Below, piece by piece: positions 18,575-30,239 of a DNA stretch of 64,000 bases. The notes beneath the pieces are model-generated. The model was given only the letters and a program-made list of their open reading frames with translations. It was not told the DNA's origin and made no database searches. Both the position numbers and the translations under genes were made by a program. Origin of the DNA: Candidatus Nomurabacteria bacterium RIFCSPLOWO2_01_FULL_42_17 (GTDB lineage Bacteria > Patescibacteriota > Minisyncoccia > Phycocordibacterales > UBA9973); assembly GCA_001785985.1 (NCBI GenBank), contig MFVE01000005.1, positions 16,556-80,555 on the forward strand, read 5' to 3'. Within the stretch, counting starts at the first letter, position 1, and the number at the start of each line of letters is the position of its first letter.

Positions 18575-19512
18575 ACTTGTACAGGGCTAATCTTTCGCCC
18601 GTGCCGAGAGAGAACGCAACCACCAGGACAAAGTGTATTTCCTTCTGAATCGTCAATACACTTCTCGCAAACAATGAAGTGCCTGTGACAGACTGGGTTC
18701 GCGCAGTTTACATAATTTTCAGATTCGCCTTTGCAGCTATCGCACTTCCCTACTATTTTATGTTTGGTGTCGTCAGTATAGAATCCCATAGTCACTCTGC
18801 CATCAAAAACATACAGCTTGCCTTGAAAATCTTCATTAGGATATTTTTCCATATAGCTAACTATACCTCCATCGAGTTGATACACGTCCGTAAACCCTTG
18901 TGTGATCAAAAATCCCGAAGCTTTTTCACAACGCACACCGCCAGTGCACACTGTCAGCACTGTTTTATTTTTTAAATGAGAAATTTGTTCCACCACTTTT
19001 GGCAAATCTCTAAAATTTTCAATCGGTGGCAAAATAGAATTCTCAAAATGCCCGACTTTATGTTCATAAGCATTTCGCATATCAACGATATAAAATTCCT
19101 TCGGCTCGCCGAAGCCTTGCGCGGAGGCGGCTTGGTTTTCCAAAAGCCATTCATGCAACTCCTCTGGTTTAAGATGTATGCCAGTGATTTGATTCGGGTC
19201 TATATCGCAAGTTCCTAAATGTAGTGAGACTATTTCTTTGCGCACTTTGATAGAAAGTTTTGGGAAGGCACTGCCTGTGCCAGCGCTTAATTTAAAATGA
19301 ATGTTTCTAAATCTTTCGTCTTTCTCTAATTGTTTAATATATTCTTTTATGTTTTCTTTCGTACCTTCAAAAGTAGCATTGATACCCTCAGTCGCAATAA
19401 TACATCTGCCTTTGAGGCCTAGTCGTAAGCAGATTTCTTCCTGTATCCCTCGCACATGCTCGGGATCCGCTATGCGGACGTATTTATAAAAAAGAATAAT
19501 TTGATGTTTCAT
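18571..19512 (-). CDS. trhO: Rhodanese-domain protein, TrhO/YceA-like tRNA uridine hydroxylase
   Basis: ILFYKYV, EGINAT, DMRNAYE..VGHF, CTGGVRCEKAS, LDGGI..Y, YVFDGR, C-terminal Cys cluster. Confidence 0.8.
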   Translation of the reverse strand: MKHQIILFYKYVRIADPEHVRGIQEEICLRLGLKGRCIIATEGINATFEGTKENIKEYIKQLEKDERFRNIHFKLSAGTGSAFPKLSIKVRKEIVSLHLGTCDIDPNQITGIHLKPEELHEWLLENQAASAQGFGEPKEFYIVDMRNAYEHKVGHFENSILPPIENFRDLPKVVEQISHLKNKTVLTVCTGGVRCEKASGFLITQGFTDVYQLDGGIVSYMEKYPNEDFQGKLYVFDGRVTMGFYTDDTKHKIVGKCDSCKGESENYVNCANPVCHRHFIVCEKCIDDSEGNTLCPGGCVLSRHGRKISPVQV

Positions 19513-19523
19513 TTGTTTAGAAT

Positions 19524-22454
19524 TTATTTATAAATCTCTGCCATTTTACAATATTCGCACTCAGTATTTTTCCCATAAGAATTGTAATTACAAGGCCTAT
19601 TTAGCCACTGCCCTTTTTTGATGAGATTATCATAATCCAGAATGTCTTTCACTAAAAGGCTAATTTCGCTGTCAGTTATCACTCTATCATAAATGGATTC
19701 CTTTTCATCTTTCGCTTCTATAAATTCAAGCCGACTTTCACGAACATTTATTTTGGAATTATTCTGCAGTAAATACGAATACATCGCGAGCTGGCGGAGA
19801 TATGAGCTCAGCCTCCCTTCCTCATCTATCTTTTCTATATCCCCTTTTTTTCGCACACTTCCGGTCTTAAAATCTGTCACGCGTAATTCATCTTTTGAAA
19901 AATATTCTACTAAGTCTATTTTCCCATAAATATTTAAATGCGGGAATCTATGATCTTTGGTGGAAATACTTTTTTCATTCTCATATTTTTGCTCTATTTT
20001 AGACAACCGGCTCTTTACCCATCTTGAAACAATTTTTAAAACTCCTTTATCACCACTCGTTAGCTCTTCTAAGTCTTTTGAGTTCGGAGCTTTTTTAAGT
20101 TTGAGAATTTTATCAATCGCCGAATGCACCGCATTCCCATGTTCCAAACTCTCGCTTTTTGCTTCTGGCAACTGAAGTAAATTCCTAAAATACCATTTCC
20201 AAGGACATTCAAAAAAATTATTTAGAAGAGAAACAGACACTTTCCTGTCCTCATAGTCTTTAGCAACTAACTTTATTAATTCTGGGAGCCCAGTATTTTT
20301 TACATTTTTTTTAATATCAGAGGTTAAAACATAAGCTTTGGCACTAGTTTTCAAAATTATTTTCTCTGTTTCATCTGCGGTTTGTTTTTCAAAATGCTCC
20401 CCCAAATCTGCCACGATACTGGCAAGCTCCAAATCTCCGCCGGTATATGAATGCAAGGCATAAGAGAGCGTACAGAATCTTTTGGCTCGCGTGATCGCCA
20501 CATAGAGCTGGCGTTTCAAGACCTCTGTATCTTTCTGCTCAACCTTTTCTGCCAACACTTCTGGAAGTGTAAAACCACCATGTCTGCCACTACCCAAAGA
20601 CTTTTCATCCATATGCGCAATCCAGACATAATCAAACTCCAGTCCTTTGGAGCCGTGCAAAGTAAGGACTTTTACCCCCTCGTCTGCCGAGAATACTGCA
20701 AGCGGAATATGTTCGCCATAAGTTTCCAGACGATCTATAAATATTAAAAATTCTCTCAAGGCAATCTTCGGATTCTTTTCTATTTGCGAAAGCGCTAAAT
20801 GTAAAAGTGTACGCACGACTTCTACTCGCACTACCAGATCCGCGTGATTACGCGCCGTATCCAGCAGTAATTCTGAACCAACATTTTGCAACAAAGAATA
20901 TACATTCAAGTCAGCGGATTTTTGGATCCAGGATTTTAGTTTTTCTATCCAAATTTTTACGAGATTTTCATTTTTGAAAAGCGTTTGCTTATCTTCCTTG
21001 ATATTGAGAATAGAAAACTCTCGCATATAATTTTCTTTTATAAATTTATGCGCTTCTAGGGGCGGAATACCGGAAAATTTATTAAAAAAAGATCCCGAAA
21101 TAGCGACTCCATCTGCCGGATACGCGATGATCTTCAAAACTTGCAAAAAAGCTTGCGCTTCCGCCGAATCAAAAAAATTAATTTTGTCTCCTCCTGCTAC
21201 TAGGATACCCATATCTCGTAAAATAGCGATCGCACTGCGCGCCTGTCTATTTTTAGGCACCAGTATCGCCATTTCATTCACATCTTCTTTATTCTTAATT
21301 TTCTCTCTTATCTCTAACGCGCAAGCGATGATCTCGTCTCGCGGATAACTCGCCTCTACTAGACGCAATGGAATATTCTCTTTGAGATTACTTTTTAATT
21401 TCCCTTCAGTGAGAGAACTCTGCAATAGACTATGGGAAAGATCGAGAATTCCCTTTGTCGAACGATAATTTTCTTCCAAAGAAATTAATTTTGCTTTGCC
21501 AAAAGCATTTTTAAAATTCTCAAAATAAGAAATTGACGCGCCACCAAAACCATAAATGAGCTGGCGGTCATCTCCGACCACGAAAATATTTGGCTTTTCC
21601 TCCCCTTGCCAAACTTTCTCCAAGAATTCATTTTGCACTCCAGATGAGTCTTGATGTTCGTCTATTAAAACATATTGATATTTTTCTTTTAAATCAAACG
21701 AAGCTTCTTCAGAAATTTCTATGATTTTTACTAAATTTTCCAAAACATCGTCATAATCAATAAAGTTTTTTTCTTTTTTCACTTCTTCATAAAATTCATA
21801 AAATTTAATGGCCTCCCGCGTGCGTTCTAATCCTTCTATCTTTTTTTGGATATCTTTCTTCAGCTCCCCCTTGGTAGCGCCACGAGAAGAAACATTTTCC
21901 GGATCAGATTCTAAATTCTTAATCTCTTTTTTACTTAAATCTTCAAAAGCCTCCGGGACTAGGCGCTCCCGTTTTAAAAGTGAAATCAAACCCTTTAAAT
22001 CATTGAAGTATCTGGAAGTATCCGACTTTGGACGAATATATTCCCATTCGTTATCCTGCAAAATTGCATCACTAAGCGCTACCGCATCTGCCTCATCCAT
22101 TAATTTTGGCATTTCAGGCAAATCTAAAACACGAAAATATTTTTCAAGAATATCCATCCCAAAACTATGGAAAGTAGAAATATGCACCTTGGAAGCTTCG
22201 ATCCCAATGTAATCACGCAAACGCTCCCGCATCGCTTTTACACCAGAATTTGTAAAAGTAAGACAAAGAATACTGTCAGCTTTGTTATCTGTCTTGGTTA
22301 AAATATTTGCCACCCGAAGCGCTAGGATCTGCGTCTTGCCAGTGCCCGGACCGGCCACCACCATCACCGGACCATCAATCGTGTCCACTGCTTCTTTTTG
22401 AGCTTTATTTAGCTTTTCATATTCTTCTTTAAAAATTTTCTGCGGGCCTTTCAT
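19524..22454 (-). CDS. UvrD/PcrA-like SF1 helicase with C-terminal PD-(D/E)XK nuclease
   Basis: AGPGTGKT, TFTN, IDEHQD, VGDDRQLIYGF, ENYRS, TLHGSKGLEF, YVAITRAK; GKIDLVE..TDFKTG, QLAMY; Cys motifs CPW and CEYC. Confidence 0.9.
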   Translation of the reverse strand: MKGPQKIFKEEYEKLNKAQKEAVDTIDGPVMVVAGPGTGKTQILALRVANILTKTDNKADSILCLTFTNSGVKAMRERLRDYIGIEASKVHISTFHSFGMDILEKYFRVLDLPEMPKLMDEADAVALSDAILQDNEWEYIRPKSDTSRYFNDLKGLISLLKRERLVPEAFEDLSKKEIKNLESDPENVSSRGATKGELKKDIQKKIEGLERTREAIKFYEFYEEVKKEKNFIDYDDVLENLVKIIEISEEASFDLKEKYQYVLIDEHQDSSGVQNEFLEKVWQGEEKPNIFVVGDDRQLIYGFGGASISYFENFKNAFGKAKLISLEENYRSTKGILDLSHSLLQSSLTEGKLKSNLKENIPLRLVEASYPRDEIIACALEIREKIKNKEDVNEMAILVPKNRQARSAIAILRDMGILVAGGDKINFFDSAEAQAFLQVLKIIAYPADGVAISGSFFNKFSGIPPLEAHKFIKENYMREFSILNIKEDKQTLFKNENLVKIWIEKLKSWIQKSADLNVYSLLQNVGSELLLDTARNHADLVVRVEVVRTLLHLALSQIEKNPKIALREFLIFIDRLETYGEHIPLAVFSADEGVKVLTLHGSKGLEFDYVWIAHMDEKSLGSGRHGGFTLPEVLAEKVEQKDTEVLKRQLYVAITRAKRFCTLSYALHSYTGGDLELASIVADLGEHFEKQTADETEKIILKTSAKAYVLTSDIKKNVKNTGLPELIKLVAKDYEDRKVSVSLLNNFFECPWKWYFRNLLQLPEAKSESLEHGNAVHSAIDKILKLKKAPNSKDLEELTSGDKGVLKIVSRWVKSRLSKIEQKYENEKSISTKDHRFPHLNIYGKIDLVEYFSKDELRVTDFKTGSVRKKGDIEKIDEEGRLSSYLRQLAMYSYLLQNNSKINVRESRLEFIEAKDEKESIYDRVITDSEISLLVKDILDYDNLIKKGQWLNRPCNYNSYGKNTECEYCKMAEIYK

Positions 22455-22464
22455 TGATTTTATT

Positions 22465-23382
22465 TTAGACTAATTTTCGATTGAGGTGTTTGTTTGATTT
22501 CCAAAAGAAAAAACCGATGATGAGAAAGGTAGCGAGCGGAGAAAGATATTCCGGTATGTGAAAACCAAAACTATGCAAGATCATGATAATTCCCAAGACC
22601 AAGATAGAATACATCGCGCCATTTTTCAGATAAACATATTTTTTAATCCGCTCGATATTTCTCAATGTTAATTCGCGCACCAAGAGAGCACCCAGTCCGT
22701 TGCCCAGTAAAATGAGGGGTACCGAAAGGGTGAACGCAAAAGCTCCTAAAACTCCGTCGATCGAAAAAGTCGTGTCGATAATTTCTAGAAAGAAAAGCTT
22801 GCTCAGATCAGAGTGCGCGTTGCCAAGCAATTTTTTCTCTTGCTCCTCGGCATTTTGTTTAAAGCCGTGAGTAATAAAAAACAGACTGGAACCCACGACC
22901 GCGCCAAAACCCATGAGGTTGCTTTCTTTGAGTGCAAACCAAGCAATGAGTGCCAGTAAGATGGAAACTGTAGCATAAAACCAAACCCCCTGCGACATGA
23001 AAAATTTCTCGGCTTTAGGCAACCCGAAATGTTTCTCTTCAAGAAAAAGCCAGTGCAAAAATAAAAAAAGAAGAAAAACCCCGCCAGCCACTAGCAAGAT
23101 GGGGGCTGATTTTTCTATCGATTCTAAAACCAGGGGATCGCTAGACCAGGCGGCTGACAGGATCTGCATCGGATTGAGCGACGTATTGAAAGCCCAAATT
23201 ATTATAAATGGCAGGAGTCCGCGAACCATAAAAACTGCAATGAACATCCCCCAGGTCAAAAACCATCGTCTAGCTTTGGCGCCCATGGTAGCCAACACTT
23301 CAGCATTTATGATAGCGTTATCCACAGACGAAACTGCCTCAAAAAGCGAAAGGCCTACGATTGTAATCAGCGCAGAAAGCAT
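22465..23382 (-). CDS. TerC/DUF475-family integral membrane protein
   Basis: EAVSSVDNAIINA, LEIIDTTFSIDGVLGAFA, YLKNGAMYSI; multiple TM helices. Confidence 0.8.
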   Translation of the reverse strand: MLSALITIVGLSLFEAVSSVDNAIINAEVLATMGAKARRWFLTWGMFIAVFMVRGLLPFIIIWAFNTSLNPMQILSAAWSSDPLVLESIEKSAPILLVAGGVFLLFLFLHWLFLEEKHFGLPKAEKFFMSQGVWFYATVSILLALIAWFALKESNLMGFGAVVGSSLFFITHGFKQNAEEQEKKLLGNAHSDLSKLFFLEIIDTTFSIDGVLGAFAFTLSVPLILLGNGLGALLVRELTLRNIERIKKYVYLKNGAMYSILVLGIIMILHSFGFHIPEYLSPLATFLIIGFFFWKSNKHLNRKLV

Positions 23383-23437
23383 TTTTATATTCTACCCGGT
23401 AGTGAGCCCGCCAGCAAGTCGGATCTACTATCGGGTT

Positions 23438-24223
23438 CTACTCCGATTGCTCCCATTTGCCAATTTTTGTCCTTTTGATTGAAAAGGCTAGAGCGGGAAT
23501 GTTGAGTTTTTGCCCAAGCGAGTGCGCTATCCCTCGCACATATGTGCCACTACTACATTTAATATTAAAATCAGCGATAAAAAACTTTCTCTCCAGCAAG
23601 GACTCCCCTTGCTGGGATTTCAACTTCTGGCGCCAGATTTTTAAGATTTCTTTTTGGCGAAAATCCCCTTTCACCTTTACAACTCTGCGCTCGATGTTTT
23701 CTAAAAACTTTCGGGCACTTATTTTCTTTATACAAAAAAACTTCAAACTCTTTACCTCCACTTCATGCTTCGGACTCTCTACAAATTTACCCGCTCTCGC
23801 GTAAGCAAAAAGCGGTTTGCCCTTTACAGTGCGAGAAGAATACATCGGATAACTTTGCATAAATTTGCCAGTGAAAAATTTTAGATTCTGTTTTATTTTT
23901 TTCTCTAATTCTTTCATTCCAATGTTCGTTAGAATGTTAGAATGTTGTATCTTGCCCAAGATATCATAAGTGTCGGTAGTAAAACCAAAAAGAACGCTAA
24001 ATTTATATTCTTTGGAAAGTTTTAGATATTTTTCTTTTTCTTTTACAGCATCCCCTGCTAGCACTAACAAAAGCCCAGAGGCGAGCGGATCCAGCCGGCC
24101 GGCATAAGTCATCTTTGCATCTTTATATTTTTTATTTTTGGCGCGAAAAGCCTGAAGCGCCTCGAGCGGTGTCTCACCCTCTTTTTTATTCAGCAGTAAG
24201 ATTTTTTTGAGAAATTTTTTCAC
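23438..24223 (-). CDS. truB: tRNA pseudouridine(55) synthase
   Basis: YAGRLDPLASGLL, TDTYDILG, PMYSS, CSSGTYVR. Confidence 0.92.
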   Translation of the reverse strand: MKKFLKKILLLNKKEGETPLEALQAFRAKNKKYKDAKMTYAGRLDPLASGLLLVLAGDAVKEKEKYLKLSKEYKFSVLFGFTTDTYDILGKIQHSNILTNIGMKELEKKIKQNLKFFTGKFMQSYPMYSSRTVKGKPLFAYARAGKFVESPKHEVEVKSLKFFCIKKISARKFLENIERRVVKVKGDFRQKEILKIWRQKLKSQQGESLLERKFFIADFNIKCSSGTYVRGIAHSLGQKLNIPALAFSIKRTKIGKWEQSE

Positions 24224-24674
24224 GGAGAGAGAATGGCTCTAAATGCGCGGCGATCGCGATGGCTACAGCGATGATCAAAAGATTTTTTATAATATATTGC
24301 CCTTCGAGAGTAGGCACTAAAAATCCGCTCCAGGTCATTGCTGGCAAAAGGAACAATGGCATAAATGTCGTAGCCATGTGCGCAAAGAGCATCGGTATGA
24401 CCACCCGCTCAAAACCACGAATGATAAAAAGAATCCCGATGACACATTCAAATATGCCAAATAGAACGATGAAAGTATCAAACGACATAAAACTGATCGT
24501 CCTTTCAAAAAGACTTTGTACCAAGGGACTAGCAGAAGATACGCCGATAACTTTCAAAATACCGAACCAGAAAAAAATCACAAACAAACTAAAACGAGCC
24601 ATCGGCATCGACGCACGCCTGAAAAAATTAATAAGTTTTATATCTATATCTCGCAGTGAGTTTTCTTTCCACAT
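24186..24674 (-). CDS. DoxX/DUF417-like membrane protein
   Basis: RFSLFVIFFWFGILK, LEGQYIIKNL; four hydrophobic segments; ATG 24674 lies 6 nt after TATACT. Confidence 0.65.
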   Translation of the reverse strand: MWKENSLRDIDIKLINFFRRASMPMARFSLFVIFFWFGILKVIGVSSASPLVQSLFERTISFMSFDTFIVLFGIFECVIGILFIIRGFERVVIPMLFAHMATTFMPLFLLPAMTWSGFLVPTLEGQYIIKNLLIIAVAIAIAAHLEPFSLREKISQKNLTAE

Positions 24675-24790
24675 GCTGAAAGTATATACCAAAATTTTAA
24701 TTTATCAAAATAAATATAAAATAAAACAAAAGAACAAATTAATACAAACTTAACCTTGCATATTGAGCGATTATATGATATAATTGCCTT

Positions 24791-25459
24791 ATGGCAATAT
24801 TGATTATTGAAGACGAGAAAAAATTAGTGGATATCTTGAAGCGAGCTCTAAAAAGCGAGCGCTATTCCGTGGATGTAGCCTATGATGGCGAGACGGGCTT
24901 AGAGAAAGCGATGAAAAATAATTATTCTTTGATTCTACTAGACATCATGCTTCCAAAGAGAGACGGTTTCTCTGTCTGCAAAGAACTCCGAACGCACGCG
25001 ATCCACACACCCATCATCATGCTCACCGCAAGAGGCAGTACCGAAGATCGAGTGACTGGCCTAGACGCCGGAGCGGATGACTATCTGATAAAACCTTTCA
25101 GCACCAGCGAACTGTTTGCGCGAATTCGCGCTGTCTTGCGTCGCCGCAAAACAACCGAATCAAATATTATTAAAATCGGAAATTTGGTGATGGATAAAAA
25201 GAAACACGAAGTCACCCGCGCCGGCATCACTATTCCACTGACTCCAAAAGAATACAAACTCTTAGATATGCTCCTTTCCAACAGTGGAGAAGCGATAAGC
25301 AGACAGAGGCTCATCGAACACGCTTGGGGGCCGACTTTTAAGGAGACAAATAATGAGCTAAATGTTCACATCAGATATTTGCGCAAAAAAATCGACGGGA
25401 AAAAAGACAAGCATCTAATCCACACCATCCGAGGCGTCGGTTTTGCGTTGAAGGAATAA
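24791..25459 (+). CDS. OmpR-family response regulator (no adjacent kinase)
   Basis: IEDE, LLDIMLP, MLTA, GADDYLIKPF, LTPKEY, HIRYLRKKI, TIRGVGF. Confidence 0.95.
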   Translation: MAILIIEDEKKLVDILKRALKSERYSVDVAYDGETGLEKAMKNNYSLILLDIMLPKRDGFSVCKELRTHAIHTPIIMLTARGSTEDRVTGLDAGADDYLIKPFSTSELFARIRAVLRRRKTTESNIIKIGNLVMDKKKHEVTRAGITIPLTPKEYKLLDMLLSNSGEAISRQRLIEHAWGPTFKETNNELNVHIRYLRKKIDGKKDKHLIHTIRGVGFALKE

Positions 25460-25495
25460 AATAAAACCCGAAGAAGTGAAATTATATCTTTTGCG

Positions 25496-25522
25496 CAAAA
25501 CCTTTTTGTGAGTTTTTCATAA
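25496..25522 (-). repeat. Exact 27-bp duplicate of the MKNSQKGF leader at 26172-26198
   Basis: CAAAACCTTTTTGTGAGTTTTTCATAA at both positions. Confidence 0.9.
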
Positions 25523-25524
25523 TT

Positions 25525-26196
25525 TTAGTCTAATATTACTTTAATGATTCCTAAAGCAGATGATTCAAATAAAGGATTAATATTTCCCAACACATAAATA
25601 ATTTCATTCTTAAAAAAGGCAAAATAAAGTTTTCCATTTATTGTGTTTTTCAAAACAATAGTTCCATTTATTGTGATCTTTTCATAACCCGAAGAATCTG
25701 AGGATATCTTTTCAAAAGTATCTTGCGCCATACTCCGATTATTCATTTGCGCAAATGTACCACTGGCATTACTTTTCGATAGTGAGTTGCCACTATTAGG
25801 ATTTTCCACGAACTGATTATAATTTTTAGCGGTTCCAAAAAAATTAATATCAATGTCAACTTGCGCGACCGCGCCCACTTCACTCTCTTTTCGCACAGTA
25901 GTGTCTCTGCCGACCCAGTAATAAGCACTGCTTCCGTTTTCCTGAAGTCGTTTGACTATCGCACATAGTTTTTGTCCACTTATTCCCGACTGGGTAGATT
26001 CAATACAGCTATCATGGTCGCGAGCAATAAAATCTGAGAAAATATTGCTATTTGCTTGATTCGTGTCTGGATTATTATTTACTGAACTAGATCCAGTGTT
26101 TGCTGTTTTAAAATAATATACTCCCCCGCCTATCGCTAAAATTGCGATGATTGCAATAATCAAGGGAACCACAAAACCTTTTTGTGAGTTTTTCAT
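25525..26196 (-). CDS. Hypothetical membrane-anchored protein with pilin-like (class III signal-like) N-terminus
   Basis: MKNSQKGF followed by hydrophobic VVPLIIAIIAILAIGGGVYYF; TGATATAAT 7 nt before ATG 26196. Confidence 0.65.
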   Translation of the reverse strand: MKNSQKGFVVPLIIAIIAILAIGGGVYYFKTANTGSSSVNNNPDTNQANSNIFSDFIARDHDSCIESTQSGISGQKLCAIVKRLQENGSSAYYWVGRDTTVRKESEVGAVAQVDIDINFFGTAKNYNQFVENPNSGNSLSKSNASGTFAQMNNRSMAQDTFEKISSDSSGYEKITINGTIVLKNTINGKLYFAFFKNEIIYVLGNINPLFESSALGIIKVILD

Positions 26197-26286
26197 AACT
26201 TTTATTATATCATACTCTTTCTTATATGCCACCTTACAATCGAAGGGTTGGCGAAGCCCGACTTCGCTAAAGCTATGGCGGGCAAA

Positions 26287-26306
26287 GGCGGAGGGTGAGG
26301 GATTTG
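26287..26306 (-). other. Orphan tRNA 3'-end-like fragment (possible att remnant)
   Basis: Minus strand CAAATCCCTCACCCTCCGCC resembles a T-arm plus acceptor 3' strand; lies about 130 nt downstream of tRNA-Ser. Confidence 0.5.
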
Positions 26307-26437
26307 GTCAGGCATCTTTTTCTACTGAAAAAGTGCACGACCCTGCCTCGCGCCGTCGCGCTCCGGCTTTCTCATCCCCCGGAATCGCGCAATGATGAGA
26401 TGTTCGAATGTCATTTAGACATTCTCACAAATCATTG

Positions 26438-26522
26438 CGGAACCGGAGGGATTCGAACCCTCGAGACCTTTCAGCCTACGCGCTTTCCAAGCGCGCGCAC
26501 TCGACCACTATGCGACGGTTCC
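26438..26522 (-). tRNA. tRNA-Ser(GGA)
   Basis: Acceptor GGAACCG/CGGTTCC, anticodon arm CGCGC-TTGGAAA-GCGCG, long variable arm, GGTTCGAATCC. Confidence 0.95.
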
Positions 26523-26531
26523 AGACTGGAA

Positions 26532-28637
<2,106 letters not shown>

Positions 28638-29165
28638 TTAATAATCTACATTAATTTCGCGCTCAATCAGGTTCGTGCTAGATGATTCACACGAGCCATC
28701 GCCGCCGAGATTATAGCCTTTAGAGATGATATGAGTCTCTTCTGGAGTAATTTTATCCACAGTCACAATAGCGCAACCTTGCTCTCCTCTGCCCAACCCT
28801 AGAACAGTAAAAGTCCAAAAATCTTCCGGATCCGCCTCCGGTGTCGGAATTTCAACATCAGCGCAAATCATAAACGCAGGTGGATTGTCCGAAAAAGCAT
28901 TAGGGTAATTATTAGGAGGTCCGGGAGTTCGATCGTAATATTGAGCGCATTCGGCGCCAGTATCAGCCGCAAAAAAAGCATCATTGGTATCGCGAGCGCT
29001 GGTGCCAAACTTCACTTCTTTGAGCGCTATATTAGAAATACCCAGGGCGATTGCTAAAAAAATCGCGGAAAGCGTAACTGCAAAAAGTATCACGAATCCC
29101 GAACGAAAGCCTTTGGCTTCGTACGGGACAGGTCCTTTATTTTTTTTTATTATTATTTTTATCAT
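28638..29165 (-). CDS. Minor pilin, PilX-like
   Basis: GFVILFAV hydrophobic helix without E5; AFFAADTGAECA; last of the minor pilin cluster. Confidence 0.7.
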   Translation of the reverse strand: MIKIIIKKNKGPVPYEAKGFRSGFVILFAVTLSAIFLAIALGISNIALKEVKFGTSARDTNDAFFAADTGAECAQYYDRTPGPPNNYPNAFSDNPPAFMICADVEIPTPEADPEDFWTFTVLGLGRGEQGCAIVTVDKITPEETHIISKGYNLGGDGSCESSSTNLIEREINVDY

Positions 29166-29200
29166 ATTACTTGTAGGGTAGTGAGCTTCGCTCTACTACC

Positions 29201-29629
29201 CTATTCTACCCAATTAAATAAACTTTCGGAAAAAATTACATGAAAAGTGCCCGAACCTTGAGTCCAAGAAACATCCGAAGAAATTTTTACTTCATCTGAA
29301 TTGGTGACGGTTTTGCTTATTATACGAGAAAAGCTAGTACTGGTAGGAGGATCGAGAGGAGGGAGGGCATCATCTCTAAAACTGCTCCAACCAGCCTGAG
29401 CGCCATCTGCGTCATAGAGGACAGCAGTGTCGCGCAGATTTCTAACGTATTCGATCCCCTCTTGCGCCAAATATCCGGCTATTATTTTTTGTTTGCTGTA
29501 ATTAGTATTAGAAATACCGGATGCCAAAACGGACATTATCCCTAAGAGCGACACGGTAAAAATAGACAGAGCCACCAGCGTCTCTACTAAAGTAAACCCG
29601 CCATTATTTTTTTTAAATAATTTAATCAT
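29201..29629 (-). CDS. Minor pilin, PilV-like
   Basis: GFTLVETLVAL prepilin motif; LAQEGIEYVRN. Confidence 0.8.
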   Translation of the reverse strand: MIKLFKKNNGGFTLVETLVALSIFTVSLLGIMSVLASGISNTNYSKQKIIAGYLAQEGIEYVRNLRDTAVLYDADGAQAGWSSFRDDALPPLDPPTSTSFSRIISKTVTNSDEVKISSDVSWTQGSGTFHVIFSESLFNWVE

Positions 29630-30237
29630 ATATCTGATATATCTAGAAGTCTTTGAGAGACTGAAGTTTGTAAAGAAAAAGGTGTGACAGGATCTTTAAG
29701 CATTATATGGCCGACTAATTTAATGGTAATAAAAGGTTGCTGTTCATCGCCTTCCGAATGGGGTTCGGCGCCCACGACTGTAAATCCAGAAGCTCCATCA
29801 ATCACAACCTCGGGCGGATTTAATTGCACCCAAGTTCCTGCCTCTCCGCCTTTAGTAGATTTACTTATATTAAAAGTAAGACCGCCATCTGTTGATTCTA
29901 TCTTGTACCCCCATTGATCATCTTCATCTGATGGATCCCCATGAGGAGCCTCTTCAAAAAAAATATTCCCGCCAAGCTCACAGCTCCGAGCGGTGTCTAT
30001 ATTGGAAAAATCGCCACAATGATACATATATCCCGTCCTTAGATTTCGAGACATATCTTCCATAATAAAACTCAAATTATCCATAATGGAGCGCATATCT
30101 TGCGACTTATTGTGGAGCAAATTAGCATTTAAAAGAGCGCCCATACCGGAGAGGACGATGACCACAAAAAGAGACACAGCGATCATCGTCTCGATTATGG
30201 TATATCCGCCTTTAGTTTTATAATTATTTTTTTGCAT
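29626..30237 (-). CDS. Minor pilin, PilW-like
   Basis: GYTIIETMIAV prepilin motif. Confidence 0.78.
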   Translation of the reverse strand: MQKNNYKTKGGYTIIETMIAVSLFVVIVLSGMGALLNANLLHNKSQDMRSIMDNLSFIMEDMSRNLRTGYMYHCGDFSNIDTARSCELGGNIFFEEAPHGDPSDEDDQWGYKIESTDGGLTFNISKSTKGGEAGTWVQLNPPEVVIDGASGFTVVGAEPHSEGDEQQPFITIKLVGHIMLKDPVTPFSLQTSVSQRLLDISDI

Positions 30238-30239
30238 AA

